The notes below the pieces were generated by a model. It saw only the letters and a list, made by a program, of their open reading frames with translations, searched no databases and had not been told where the DNA came from. 64,000 bases of DNA from Yuukianura sp. NJ FZ-2021 (lineage: Eukaryota), in assembly GCA_046563655.1 (NCBI GenBank), contig CM102286.1:8556001-8620000 (forward strand), written 5' to 3'. Position numbers and translations under genes: made by a program. Positions 1-15,000 of the stretch are shown piece by piece (the stretch's first letter is position 1; the number at the start of each line of letters is the position of its first letter).

Positions 1-64
1 ATAAAGACAAATTAATCTATTCAATTAATTAAAAAAAAGTGAAGATTATGAATGTTAGGGTCAC

Positions 65-3000
65 CTTAAAGCCAGAGCAAGTTCGGTATTATCCATTAGC
101 GAAGAGTATGCGACGTCCAATGGCGTACTTCCACGGAGAGATGGTCTCGACAGCAAAATGTTACTGTGTTCCAAAAGGAATCCTAAGTGCTCAAACATTG
201 CCTTCTGATTTTGGCGGGAAGTTCGACAGAAATAGCAAAGGAAGCGACAGCAAGCTACAACCATTTCGTGTGATGTGTCCTACAAAAAATTAGCAAATAT
301 TAACTCAATTAGTAACTTAGTAGTTTTTTCTCAAATTAGAAAACTTGAAAAAAATATTTCAAAGTGAAAAGAAATTTTACTTTCTCTTTTGGCACAAGGT
401 CCATTTCTTGACCTGGCGAAGAGACTTGCTGACTTTTCTCTTGAGCTTCCGACGTTGCTTGAGCTCTGCCAAGCGTGTTCATCATCAATGCCATCACGTT
501 TTCATGTACTCTAAGAATTCTTATGAGGTCAGGGTGTTGGAAGAAAACGTAGTTGTTGACCAGTTCCCTGCAACAGCAACAGATTTGAGAATTTTAGAAA
601 CTGTGACAATTAGTGCCAAAATAGCAGCAATACCATAAAAGCGTTCTCATGAGTCCCTCTTCTTCTTGTGACATTTGCACAGGTTGAAGTGCACGAATTC
701 TGCTCAGCCCCACCCACATTTTGTTGATGTGCGGAGTTGTATTGCTGTTGAAAACATAGGATTTTTCTAATGCCCGAATCAACTCTCCGACCATGTCATA
801 CTGACGCAACAGAAGGCCAAACATTTCCCGTACAAGAAGCGGCGTTTCAAACTGGCTCTCCTCCGCCCAATGCACGATTGTCGTTGTAAGGACTTTTCGA
901 AATTTTTCTACAAAATACACGAAAGCATTAAAACGTTATTTTTTTTTTGTTTTTATAACCCCAGAACCTTCCGGCAGTAATTCCTTCGGTGGTTCTTCAG
1001 GTTTAGGCTCTTCCGGTGGTTCCAATTTTTTGACAATGTTGAGCATATTTACTACCCGGGTGGCTAGACCAATTTTATTTTCATCTGCATCTTCCTACAA
1101 AACGTAATAAATTGTGTCGGTACTTTTCCACACTTTTTTTTATAGATCAAGTATCACTGCCTATGATTACCCCAGATGGATCCTGCAAGGCTGCCAGAGT
1201 CAACTTGGACATCAATTCGTCATGAAATTCAGTAAGCAATCCGCGCAATTCATCTCCGCATGGACAATTCTCCTTTTCTTCCTCCTCCAAGTTTTTGAAT
1301 CCGAGAATGGCATTAACCTAGTCAAATTAACAAAGAATGTTTTTAGTTAAAAAATTGCAACTAAGAAAATTTTGTTTCACAGTGAGAAGTTAGATTTGTT
1401 TGACAGAGTTCTTACCTGCTCCACTGGTGGACACCGGAACTCCTTCGTTTTCTTAGCCGCAATTGCCGAGGGCAAGTCGGACTGCTTGATTTCAATGTAA
1501 CGTCGTAGCTGATCCTGAATTTTTAGTGAAACAGAATATCATGAATATCAGTACGGTTATTTTGTTTCAACAACGTAAGAATACAATAAGTTATTGAAAA
1601 GCTTTCTTACAGCCTGAATTTCACCAACGTAGTCATGACTGAAAGTGACAATGGCTTCCACACGATGACGAAGTTGGAAGTCGTTCATATGGTGGAGAAG
1701 GTAGCACATTTGCAATTTGACGCCTTCCGCCAATTCCATCTGTAGCAGGCCTTTCCGGTGGTCTTCGCCATCATCCTCGGTTGGAAATCTTTCAAATCGG
1801 AAGACTTCGGCTATTAGAAAAAAAGATTTGGCATTTAGAAAAACGTTTAGCATTTCCGGACCAAATCTTGTCGTTTACATTTCAGTTTTTCGGAGTCCCA
1901 TGTATTGGGGTGGATAACGATCAGCAGCCGTTCCACATCTTCATCTTCGATTACTCCAACTAAAAGTAACTTGTCCAGCAATTTTAGAAGAGGCACAAAC
2001 AAATTTTCGTTACTTCCACCAACTGGGTCTCGGTTGTGGACTTGGTTGATCTTGACAGCCTCTTCCAAAGCTTGTATTGCAAAATCTCGAACAACTTGCA
2101 GCGGAAAGTATGGACTGCTCAGGTTTTTAATGTTCTCTACCACTTCACTGTAAAAAAAAAATTTCAAACATTTTTCAAGCCACGTAAACGTTCTGCTCAA
2201 AAAATTGTCACACATAAATTATCTAGAATTACTCAATTTCAGTCATTGTCATCTCTGGTCGGATGCACAAGGTTTTGACTGATCGCAGGCTGTGACGCAT
2301 CGCTTCATCCTCGTATAGTTCCTTTAACTCGGGCGTTAGCGGAATAATGTATTCGTTTTTACAAACCTCCCTAACAGAGTAAATCAATGATTAAAAATAA
2401 TCTCACTTTTCAAAAGTGGGAGAATTTTTTCTTACATTGTGGTGGCGAAAGATTCCAAATGCAGGGCGATCAGCAAGTCGTAGAACCCGCGTCGTAGTGG
2501 TCCAGAGAGATACTCAGCCTGTATGGCGTACAACAACTGCTTTTGGTCAACGTACATGCAGAGAGTATGCGCAGCTCTGTAATTCGACTGGTAGCACAGT
2601 GCAGCGTACAGTGTCAGCGTATGGTAGTGGAAGCTGAAACAAAGTTTTAAAATAATCGAACATCAACATTTTAGAAAAAAGTCGCTTCCTCCGTTCAAAA
2701 TAGTACAAAAGCTTGTGCACGTTCGTAAGTGCTACTTGTAGTAAGACAAAAAAATAGCAAAACTATACCTTAGTAATCTGTCCATTTCAATCAGTTCCAA
2801 AATGTCAATACAACGATCTTCTTCTGGAATATGTAGTGCCAACATTGAAACTGGGTCTTCACATAGCGTACTCCACCCACGAGTGTCGGACAACTTAAGA
2901 GCATGTAGTTTCAGGGAAGTGTTTGGAACCCGTGCCCACTGATGTGGTCGAAGAACTTGAACTTTTAATCGTGGTGGGAACTGTGCCAAATTGGATTGTT

Positions 3001-6000
3001 CAAATGTGCTGAGAATGAAACTTGTACTTAAAAAACAGTTAAGAAGAAGGACTTACCTGTGGAGACAAGTGTTTTTCTGAATTTTGTAATACGGCAGCGG
3101 AAATGGGAAGCGTGCTTGGCGTCCGCCCAAGTTCAAATTGCAGAATGTCTTTACTTGTTGCTTCCACAAAAATGGCTGGAAAAACTTTTGTTCCAGGTTC
3201 GAGCTAATGTAGAGTTTAGATTAGTAGGAAGTTAAAACACAAAATTTTTTCACAAAATTCCTGAAAAAGTAAAACCAACCTTGAATTCTAGTTTCGTAGG
3301 CTTCCCTTCACATTCAAAATGGATCATTCCAGTGGATGTGTCAATGAAACATCCAATGAACATTCCCTGTGTCCCCTTCCCAGTTGCGTCTTGGTTCACT
3401 TGTGCGTACAACTCATCTGCAGATACCATGTAGCAGCTATTACGTTTGACTCTGAAAAGATGACAAAAAAAAATTAAATTTTTAGAAGATTCTAAACAAA
3501 CTTTTTCCATCAGGAAAATATTTTTGCAAGATTTACTGCTCAATGTCTGGATCAAATTCTTCTGTTCCTGCAATGGTCACTTGGCGTACTTTCCCTTGGT
3601 TGAATACTTTACTATGAAAATGGTACTGTGTTGTGACATAGCCAACATAAACATGTCCAGGGTCTTGACCAGGGAAAATTCGAACACCATAGAAGTACTC
3701 GTCCATGAGCTTGAGACATTCAGCATCGAACAGTTCTGCGTCATCGTCTTCGTAACCTACCATCATCTGAGCACCAGCAACCGACTTCCTTTGTCCCATT
3801 GGAGACACACCTAAAAGCAGATTTCAATTCAAAACGTTGCAGAACATTTCAAAAAAGAAAAAATCGTTTACCTTTTCCCTGTCTCTCTGGAACCGCTGGA
3901 GGCACAATTTTCAAATTGCTCTAAAACGATTTAGTTTTTAACACATTTGTAAAAATTATGACAATTGTATGACCAAATTATGTTTCACAGTTACCTGTGA
4001 AAGCCGAATGTTGTGACTCTTTACATTCAGTAAGTTTTGCTTTTTATCTCCAGCAGGCTCTGGTTCCGGCGTCCTAGACGATTTCGCGCGTTCCTTGCTT
4101 TCCTCTCTTTTTCTTGTGAAGAATCTGTCAAAAATTGCACATAAAGTTTGTTATTAAATTGTAAATTAAAAAAAACACAAGTTGATAATTTTACCAAAAA
4201 CAATTAACGAAAATCTTTGCTAAATGAAATTAAAACTGTCACAAAAATATTTGTTTGAGGAAGGTATTGGTTAAATTTGAGTTAGCGGCTCACCGATTCG
4301 TAAATATCATTCCGAGTTCTGTTATTTCGTCAATGGAATACATACTGCAGTAGTGCGTGTTAGATGTTAGCATGAAAATCCAATAACCGAATTGAAAGGT
4401 GAGAATAACATGATTAGTTGAAAAGTGAAAGTATATTTTATCACCTGAAAGGAGACTTTCCTCGTTTCTTTTTATCCTCCTTTGAGTCCGGGCGGGGCGT
4501 TAGTTCTTTGTTACGTCTCGCATTAATTTGGAGCTCACTGGCAGCTCTCTCCATTTTCCCGTGAGCAGAGGCAGTGGATCCATTCAGTTGACTCGTATCG
4601 TCGTAATCAAACATTTTAGAAGTGGATCCCGCCCTTGCCGATCTTGGTGGAAGTTTGACATTTTTTCCTATAGTTCCCGCTCTTTTTCGCCCGCGGTCGT
4701 CGTTTCCATTTACCATTCCAGCGTCGTCTTCCGCAGCGTCTTCGGAGTAACCGCGCTGCAGTTCTTCAATTATCGTTTCAGAAAATAAAATATCAAATTT
4801 CAAACTCAATTCTAATTTAACTTTATGATAATCCTAGGTTTCAAAAAAATGGAGAAAGTAATGGCCCTCACCCTTAATGTCATTCATGGTAAATCCGGAT
4901 TTGAGCATGGATTGTTCCAAATTGTTATTACGAGCTGTGTAGCCAGTTGAGCGGAGACGATGCTGCCTGATTCTAATTTCCTGCCATCGACGTGCCTTCT
5001 CCTCTTCGCTGTAAATAAAGCATAAGATGTCAATCATCTTACAATAGGTTTAGATTATGCCTTGTTAGGTTGAATTGAGAGAATTTGTTTTTGACATAGT
5101 GACATCTACATAATTATTCTTACTCGATGAACTCATCATGACAGATTACTGGAAGAGAAAGTCTGAGGAACTCCCAGTTGGCTTTCTCCATGGTTTCAAA
5201 TGTTTTGTGACTTATGCGAAGACTTGGCGGGGTGTCTGACCCAGCAGGCAAACGACTCACTTCGATGTTCGCATCCGGAGATTCATCCACGTTTTCGAAA
5301 ATGGGCTGGTCTTTTGTATACCAAAAGGTCATAGGTCGATTCATATTCCTACAGCGTACAAAGTTCACAGAATAAATGCGACAGTTGCTCTCAAGTATCT
5401 CCCGTTCTTCATCCACATGAAGATGGATGAATTCGGTGTGATGTGAATGAAACATCTTCATTTAACAACTTACACACAGAAGGGTTCGTAGCCTTCTTGG
5501 AGACCGCAGAGCGTAAAGAAGCGAAGTGCATTCACGTCATGTCCAAAGGACAATTTGGCGCGTTGTCCTACTCCAAGGGTACATGCTGGAACGAATGCTT
5601 GGCCCTGCACATCCGTAAAGGCAGTTTCTCCTCCCATGGCGTCCATGAGCAACTCACCGTTAAGGGAAAAGCCTATTAATTTTTATTAGGAAATTAAAGT
5701 CGATGTTATTTAAAGTCGATTAAGTTGAAGTAAAGTGAAAGCAAAGCACTTGGGCATCAAGCTCACTTCATAACATTAAGCAGCATGTGTAGTGCCTTAT
5801 TAAACTTTGCTCCTGTATTTTCAAGTTTTGTCTGACTTTTTGAAAATGTTTCTAAAAAAATTATTTTTTGAGTTAGTTTTCGAAAAGCTTTGCGTTTACT
5901 AAGTACATTTGGTGTACATTTGGCGTACATTTGGTTTGTTAGTAAAACTGTTATTTTTGTTTAAGAGTTAACTATCTAATGCAACTTTTGAAGATGAAAG

Positions 6001-9000
6001 CATTGGGGAAAAAATAAATGTTTGGTACAGCAAAGGTTTCTGGAAAAAAAAATGGCGGGAATGTTAACACCACTTTACGTTTGAACTTACTGATTGTTTT
6101 GTCAATTAAGTCAAGGAGAACACCAATGACATCTCCAGCAGCCCATTGTTTACCATACGACTCCGTTCCGCCCATGAAGCATTTTTCCTCCTTTGAAATC
6201 AAAAGTGAAAGGATTGTGCAAGTTGCGGCTAATTATAGGTAAACATTTTGATTTTCAAAATGGACATTGTTATGCAGCGCCACTTTTGCTGAGACATTAG
6301 CAACGTAGCGCAAACATGAAATTTTCGCGTGTGAAACTAAACTTGTGCTCGCAATAACATAAAACAGGCGTTTGTAAAATTTGCAATTTTGGACAACATT
6401 AAGCAAGTAACGATTCCTCGTCGATGCCGCTTTTGTGAAACGTGTGTCAGAATTAGTGAACAATTGACTAAACTAAGGTTAAACTCACGAATTGTTTGAT
6501 TAGTTAGATCTAACATGCAACCCATTGTATCTCCTACTCTCCAGTTCCGCCCAAAATATTCTCGACAGGTCTGATGGGTCTTGACACACTGTATTCACAC
6601 GGACGGAAAAGTCATTTTTTTGTTATTAGAAATATTGGCTTTTGGCTGACTTTTTCAGAAAAAGTGAAAGCAAGGGAAAATCGCATGTCAGGCAAACGGC
6701 TTAATTCGAGGGAGGAACGAAGAGATTCTACGTGCTTTTTGGATTGAATTACTCTGCGTGCATCACAATCCCTCTTCATCAATTTTTAGAAAAATTCTAG
6801 AGGGGCACTTACGTTAAATCCATCAAAAGCCCATGAATATTCATCGCTACCAATTTGTTTTCCAGGCTTGCAGTCAACACTCATCCAACCGACACGCATC
6901 GGACCGGCCGTCAGGACTTCAAACTCAAAATACCTAAAAAGTCAAGGTCAAAGTGTATTTCAGGTCTTTTGGGTTTCCAACATTTTGACTTTCTCTTTTT
7001 GATGACTTTTAGTTTTTATTGATTTGAAATATTAGTACCATTTGCCGGAAGTGACTTCGTAAGTTTTCTCGGCTCGATAAGTTCGGTAGTCGGCTTGTGA
7101 TTTGTCCTCAGATTCTGCTTTCACTGGAGCAAGGACAAAAGAGAAAGCGTTAGAAATGATTTGTTTTCTATAGGCTTTTCACAAGGGATAATTCTGGAAG
7201 ATCTGATATAAAAAAACCTTCATGGGTTTCTCCAGCGGGTGGTTCGAGCAGATAACCGTAAACCAGCAAAGTCCTTACGGTCTCACTTGCGGTGTCCCTA
7301 TAAAACGTAATGGAGGATACACGGAAAGTTAGCGGCAAACAAAATTTAATTTTGGTGCAAAAAAAAACCGTAACAAAGTAGCATTCTTTACCAGTTGGCA
7401 ATTTTAATGGCCTCATCCACTTTACTGTATGGAACCAAATGCGGACTTCGCTTTGTTTCTGCGTCCTAATTTTTTAGAAAAACAGTTTTATTTATTTCCC
7501 GCTACGAAGTCTATGGTGCGTAAAATTGTTCAAAAAACAAGTTTAAAACAAAACTCTTCTAAAAATTTTGTCTAAAAAAAGTGTTCTTTCGTTATACCCC
7601 AACTAACTTTCTTTTGACCTTTTTCAGAAAATTCGTATTCACTTTTATCTATGCCTTTCCCTTGTCAGGCATTTTCCGCTTTCCTTTGATGATTGATGAT
7701 AACATTAATTCATCATTTGAATTTTAAAATTGAGCGCTGTTGTTTAAATTCAAATTAAAATTTTGTTTTTGCTAGAACCTCGTTTAGAGCATAAGTCCAT
7801 CCTTCTGCAACGCGTTCTTTGGCCCAAATATTATGCGTATTTTCTGCCAATTGATCCACAAGTTCCTCGAGCTTCTGGTTGAGGTTAATGGCGCTCAAGT
7901 CCAACGGTGCAGGCTTGTATCCATTGGGCTGCATAAATGGATCATTGGGTAAGCGGATGCTGCGGATGCGTGAAGGCGGTTTATCCAGTGATATATGATA
8001 GCCTAGTGCAATGATCGTCCTAATATGGAAAAACATCTCGTTGGAACTGGGCCAAGAACACTCTCAGAGTCAAAGATTTCGCATAAAGATCAACAGTGTA
8101 AAAAGTACTTGAGTGTTTGCTGGGCCAACTGGATATCAAATCTCTTCTCTGCTGCCGGAAGGCGGTCGAATGGAGTCAAGCACGGATGGTAGCGTTCATA
8201 GTCGTCCCGGTACTCTCCATACATCCAACCCGCTTCGATCTTGTTCATTGCCCACATTTCATGAATATTCTCCGCCAGCTTGTCTCGAACAGTTTCGACA
8301 TAACCGGGAAGAGTCACCTAAAGTTTGGAGAATCCGAAAAGTTTTTGAGTCAGAATTGAAGTTGAAACATTTCTTTGCTTTCAAAACCAAATCGAAATTT
8401 TGAACTTTAGTACATTTGATGTGTCGACGGGTTTTGGGACAAACGCAACATCGTCTTCGACAAATAGAGGTCCTGACAGGACTCCTTTGGCTAAATCCCC
8501 AAAGAAAAAGCATGGATCCAGGTACAAAGACTGTGTTGGTTGTAGACACTCTACCAAGGGAGAATGATCTTCTGGAGGCGGAAAGCGTAGCTTTCCCTGA
8601 TCTCCACCAAAGAGAAAGCGACAACTGCAAGTCAAATAACAAAACAGGAAATTCAATCTCCTAAACAGACACTTTCAGCTTCAATAAAACCCATTTTGAA
8701 TTTGGGTCCAAAATTCCAATTTCTAAATGTCAAGGCAAAATGCTCTGAGGTTGATGCATTGACACACTCTCCAGATCAACCGTTCAAGTCTTTTCAGTAA
8801 ATATTTGCAAAGCCTCTCCGCAAACAAAATTCTTAAACCGAAGTACTTCAGAATTTTTACATTTGATCTTTCTGGAATTTGGTGTCACAGCAAGTATAAA
8901 TGATATGACTTACCTAACTTTGGCTGAAGCACTCACAACTACAACGTCAAAATAATTTTTAATCAAATAAGTTTACTTATCTTAAATTTTCTATTTTCTG

Positions 9001-12000
9001 TATTTATGGTATGTACCTGGAAAAAACATTCCATCCAAATTGAAATTTTTAAAAGAACCGCGGATTTTGACTCCGTTGAAGTAAAAGGTCATTATGGGAA
9101 CGGACAAATCCAGGGCACATCCAATCACATCTCCCTTTCGAATGAATGGTTCCGACGACCCAGGAACCACACATGTACTTCGGCCACCTTATTTTGAAAA
9201 AAAAGAGAATAAAACAAGAATTTTTTTTTTCTAAAAAGTCAATTCCATAAATTTTTATAAGACATTGGCATTTTGAAAGTCTGAAGGACCATCCTGACCT
9301 GACCACAAATAGGCGCCATCAAAACTGTAAGAGTAAAGGTCATCCCCAACGCCGTTTCCGCCCCACTTTTCTCCTCCGCCAGGATAAGGAATATACCTGC
9401 CAAAATAAAATTTTTTCAAAAATAGTTTTTTGAAGCATTTCGTCATTTCAACTCAAATTTTCATCCTAGCTGAACAAAATTTAAGTTGAAGATGCCGAAT
9501 TTGAAAATTCTCCGACGTTTTTTTTTAAAACAAATTCATGAATTTTTTTTGCACAAATAATACAAATATCATAAACTGTTGACTGTACCCTGCCGTATTT
9601 GCCCATCCAATTCGTAGGTGTGGTAGCATGTGAGTTGCCTGTTCGATGTGGTCCAGCGTCACTTCAAAGTACCATTTTTGGTAAACCGCAGACCCGTCCA
9701 CTTTTCCCACAAAAATATTTGGTCGAACGCTATAAAAAGAAAAACACATAAAAATAAGGGGGGAAATTCCTAAGAAAAGTTATGATTTTCAATCTCATAA
9801 CCCAAGCAGAGACAAAAGATGCAGTTTCCAACCATGGATTTCCCAAATTCCTGACATGAATTTTCGTGAAACAATGGACTAGGATCTTACCTCCCTACAT
9901 GATCCACAAGTAGGGTATGAAGAAGTAAATTTTTGCCTGGTAACAAGGAGTCGCAAATGTTATTCTGGGACGAACGCACCGCAACTCCATTTCCAACACA
10001 CAGGGAACAAAGGACGTCAAGAACTTTGGGATCTCGGCCATGTTTCTCTAGGAGGGAGATGATGACTTTGATGTGTTCTTCCTACAAAACAAAGGAAATG
10101 ACAAGTGTTTTGTTGTGTTCAACCACTTTTTGCGCCACTATTTGAGGTACGTGTTTCACTCTACCCGCATCATATTTAGAGCCTCTGGACTGTCAATTAG
10201 AACACAATGGAGCACATCCAGCATTCCCATCGTTGAGGAAATCTGTCAGGAAAGAAAACAGTGTAAAACTACAAAGGTATTCAGGAGGTGTATACAAAGC
10301 ACTTCGAAAACCACCGCGGCAAAACTCTTTCAAAAAGTCGATTTCAAAATTCCTTTGTGATGTAAATGTTTGAATTACTTTCTTTTGTTTGCTTTCTCCA
10401 GCGGCACTCCCGGATCCACCTTCTCCAGAGGCCTGTGACCCAAGTCGACCGAATAACCAATTGAGTCGACTCGCATTGGCAAACTGGGCACAATTCGTGT
10501 GGTTTCCCTTAATAATGGCGGCTATAAAACAAGTTTGAGCGGGAATTTCAAGTTTCTTCTTGCTATTTGCAGAAGCTCATGGATTTCATGTTTCAATTTA
10601 TGATTTACCGAGAAGTTGATACAGAAATCCTGAAATGACATCCCAATTTTGTCCTGCCTCTTCTGTAGCAATAGCTGCAATGAATCCTTGGGAAGTGATG
10701 ACAGTGATGTTGTCAATTGCATCCAAAATGAGGTTCAGAATTCCTTCTTCTTGAAACAAGTCTTGTCGATTCCGGAGGGCACGCAGCTTGTTCTGCTTCT
10801 CTTCATGCTCTTATAGTGTAAAGAGAAAGACAAGATGAAAGAAATTCTTTAGACCCAGACTAAAATTCTGAAAAACTAGCTTAACCTAACTTTCTCCTGC
10901 TCGTTTCTCACCCATATCATCTTCAGGCTGAGCAAAGTAGTTTATTAGATCCTCCAAGCACATCACCATTTCTCCAAGATTCACGGATTTCAAAAATATT
11001 TCTGTCTTTCCCGTCATTTGAAGCGACCTGAGTCCCCTGTTGGAATCGCAAATAAAACAACTTAAGCTCCAAACTAATTTAAGTTTCAAAAGAAAAAAGT
11101 TTTCTCTAGAGGAAGTTTCGAAATTTTCCCTTTCTATCTGCCCTACATTTTCCAAAAGTAATTTTTACACAAAAGTTAACCTTAAGCGGAACGGATGGCT
11201 TTGAATAATGAATTAGTTAATGGGTTTCCCATTCTGTGTTGCCCTAATGCATGGGGTTGCGAGACGTCACTCAAGACAGATACCATTAACTTTTTGTTGT
11301 TTTCGTATAGGTCACAAACGAAAATTTTCTAAACAAAATTTCGGCGGGGAAGAAAGTGAAGTCTTACTTGATAAACCGGGTAAAGTGGGAAGAACATTTT
11401 CGAATGACGCGGGCTGTTCGGGACTCCTCTTCTTGACTGCGGCTAAACTCAAGTCCATCGTCCATCTTCCCTTCTTCGTGCAAAATGGCTTGTTTCTCCT
11501 CAACTTTTCCCACGCCTTTCTTCTTTGTTTCGTATGTTTTATAGGAGAGCCAGAGCCCGGTCTCTGTGTGTTGAACTATCACGGTACTGTCACCATACTT
11601 GATCACTGGACTGCCGATGACCTCCAAGTCCTTGTCTTCCAGCACATTTTTCTGATCGTCTTTCTCCTGACGAAGGCAGAAGGAAGTGGCAGAAAGTGTA
11701 CCATCATCCCTATAAAAAATTTAAAAAGTAATCCGTCAAAAATTTTGGTTTCTCGATAAATTATGCATAAATGGAGAACACGACAGCGACTATTCGGACG
11801 AAACTTTTTTCTCCAATTCAAAATGGTACCTCCATATGTTATAACATTCTAACGTATAACATAGCGTATTTTAAGATATGTTAAACTTAATAGTTTTAGG
11901 CGAGATAATTTTGGAAAAAAAAAACAATCTCAAAAGCTAATTCGACAAAAAATCAAAAAAGTTTTTGGTTAAATCAGGCAAAAATCGTCAAAATCTTGGA

Positions 12001-15000
12001 ACAATCGAGATAAATGTTCAAAACTAAGCATACCGATGGAGCAGAATCAATTCATTGTTTTCGTTGAAACTCAAGTATCTGCCAGTAGTGATGTGCTTGA
12101 TTCGCATGGGATGGAGCCAGTTGATGAATCCTCCAGCCCATTTTGTTCTGGCAAGTTCAAGTCTCCAGAGAGACCGTGCTTGACTAACGACATTTCCTCC
12201 CTCGTAGATTACCATGCTATACAAAAGAAAATTGGAGAAAGTCATTGAAAAGAGTAGGCGGTAGTTTTAGGATGAGGTTACTAATGGCAGTAGTTTTGGT
12301 GGTTACTTGTGTTCTGGGTCGTCGCTCCAAGTTGCCGGAACAGTAAGACATTCATCACCGCCATGAAAAAATCGAAGAACTTCACCCCCAAACACATAAC
12401 CTAAATTTCAAAGAAAGTTACTCAAATCAATATAAGGGATACTGCCTACCACTTTTCCCACAGCCACTTCCATTCCCAAATCGATTTTAATCTCTAGAGA
12501 CCGGAGTGGTTCTATCAATAAGTCATTGTCCAAAATATTATTTAAATTGCCTCTAACGACAGCTCTTTCAAGCTTACCCACGTATTTGACCCTGCTCAGC
12601 CCAGTTCCATAGGGTTGGACAGACCAGTGAGTGACATGGAAGGAGGCGTTCACCACAGACAGTTCGTGTTCCTTGGCCGTGTGCTGAGTTAAAAATATCG
12701 TTTAAAACTATGCCATTAGAAGTAAGTTTAGGTTAGCAAACTTTTTTTAAAATAGACTAACCAAGTATCGCTCAGTGGCGACTGACACTAAAATGAGGTC
12801 ATCTCCGACTCGGATCTTCTCTCCCTCTGACCTTTGCTTTGACGCCGGGTGAACAGTCCACCAACAAGCCTCTCCTGCAAATTTCAATTGAATTTACGCG
12901 CCGAAATTAAATGAACCAGAGTTGTTAAGTGGATTGTCGTAAGTACCTTGTGAATGGTCTTGAAGGCCCACGTCAAAGGCCAGTTTGTCATTTGAAGAGC
13001 TTGTTGAGAGGCAAGCCAAGTACTGTAAAAGTTAATGAACAAGTAAAAAAACCGAAATCCGTCTGAAGTGTTTGACCTTGACGTGACCCTTACCATTTTA
13101 CTGTTGTTGTGTCTAAGTAGAATAGCATTTCCGTATAGTAAGGTACGATGTCCAGACCCTGTTCCTTTTCCCTAATTTAAAAAAAGGTTCTGTTAACGTT
13201 CAAACTTGACATGAATAAACGCTTCACCATAAGTTTCAGAGTTTCAATTCTAAAACTTAATTTTTTTTTCATATTTAATTAAATCGAATAATTTTTCCAG
13301 TTTTCGTGATTTTGGTTCATTTCAAACACATCGGTTTCCGGAATATTGGAATTATGACTAAAGTACGTGACAAAATGCATGACTACGGGAGGATGACTGT
13401 CACAAAATCTGGCAATAAATGACGTCAGGTTTTCCATTGTTTTTGCCTAAAGGAATTGCAAAACGGAACTCGTAGCCATACATGGCCATGTATCAATCAA
13501 TATCATCAAAGTCAGGTTTTTGACGATGTTGTAAAACTTTTGACTCACGGGGAAGCGTCAAAGACCGATAAATTGCATTTTCACATCACAAGTTCGCACA
13601 TCTCACACGTATTTCAGATTTGGCAGATAAAAGTTGTTAACCGCAGAGTTAGCAAATAAACAAACTAAATTCTATACAAACAAAATCGGTCGTTTTACTT
13701 TCAACAGTTATTCCGTTAACTACGAAATTGAGGTTTAAGTTCATTGAATCTGAATATTAAATGGAGGATTACCTAAAAAGTCAAATTTTTGTGACTAATT
13801 ATAGTAGTATTGATTACTTCGAGACTAACATTTTTGTTTTTTGCATAAAATCAATTTGTTGGCAATGTCGAGTCAACAAGTCAGAGTGGTTAAATCACTT
13901 TGAGATAACTAGAGGTCATGATTTTTAAATTAAGCTGTAAACAACGACGAAATCATGTGAAAGTGAAAACTAACGTTTCGGTTACGTTGTACGAGATTTG
14001 GCGATTCCACTACGTAGTGAGTAGAGAGACAAAGCGAATTAGAAGGAAAGTAAAAGTTTAATTAACTCAGTAGCATAAAATGTGCGTAAAAGGTCATTTG
14101 TATTACTTTAAACTTCAACGACAAAAAAAAGATGAGGAAAACTAATGAAACAAAATGGAAAGTTCAAGTAGTGGGAAAATTTGGAGAATGTAGCTGCAGA
14201 AGATTTCTTGGAAGAAAGTGAAAGCAAATTTTCTTTTGCTTAATCAAAAGAAAAGCGAAGAGCAGAACCCCATGCCCAATTGCTTTGAATTAACTTTCCT
14301 CTTTGGAACCTTTCTAATTCTATTGATTTTTAGAAAATCAGTGACCTATAACCTAAACGAGCTATTCAAAAACTTTTTTAAGGCAAAAGGAGGATTTTGG
14401 TCTTACCGATTCTGATCCAGCAGCAGTCACGAGTTCCTGGAGAGCACGGACGGATAGGGCTTGCTCAATCACAAATACGCAGCAACTCAAGTCTGGCGGA
14501 ACGTTCTAATATCGAATTAAAATTAGCTGATTACCAATTACTAAAATTACTAATTCCGCATATATCTTCCGACATTAGCCTACAAGTATTAGAATTTTAA
14601 CCAGATTAAGCACCATCACCTCAAGTCTTTTTTTTTCAAAATTTCAAAAGCGCGGTACATCTCCTCATTTTTTTCTTTTTCTAACTCTGATTTCTGAAAC
14701 CAAAATACTTTCTCTTCCTGTTTTCTTTCACTTAAGCTTCCTGCTTTTTCTTTCACTTCGATCTCGGTAGTGCAATAAAGATGCAAATGGTGATGAAAGT
14801 GTGAAAACTCATTTCGGCATAGAAAGTTAGTAAAAGCATCTCTGCCGACAGCAGTGAATGATATTTTTGAAAAACTTGCCCTACTAGGGCGGAAATTCGC
14901 ACAGCTAAGATGAAAGTTTTACCTTGTCAGCAATATTTTCCAGGAAGCAGTGTCTGTTTCCGAATCCTTCTGCTGCGAGACACACTCTCTCGCCAGTTGC

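Noticed and set aside
5903..5935. 11-bp x3 repeat gtacatttgg(t/c) in a RyR intron
   Set aside because: A trivial slippage repeat with no evidence of function.
11220..11759. 179-aa plus-strand ORF; likewise 21369-21761 (+) and 30847-31221 (-)
   Set aside because: They are antisense shadows of RyR, Rtf1 and mbt exons and have no independent features.
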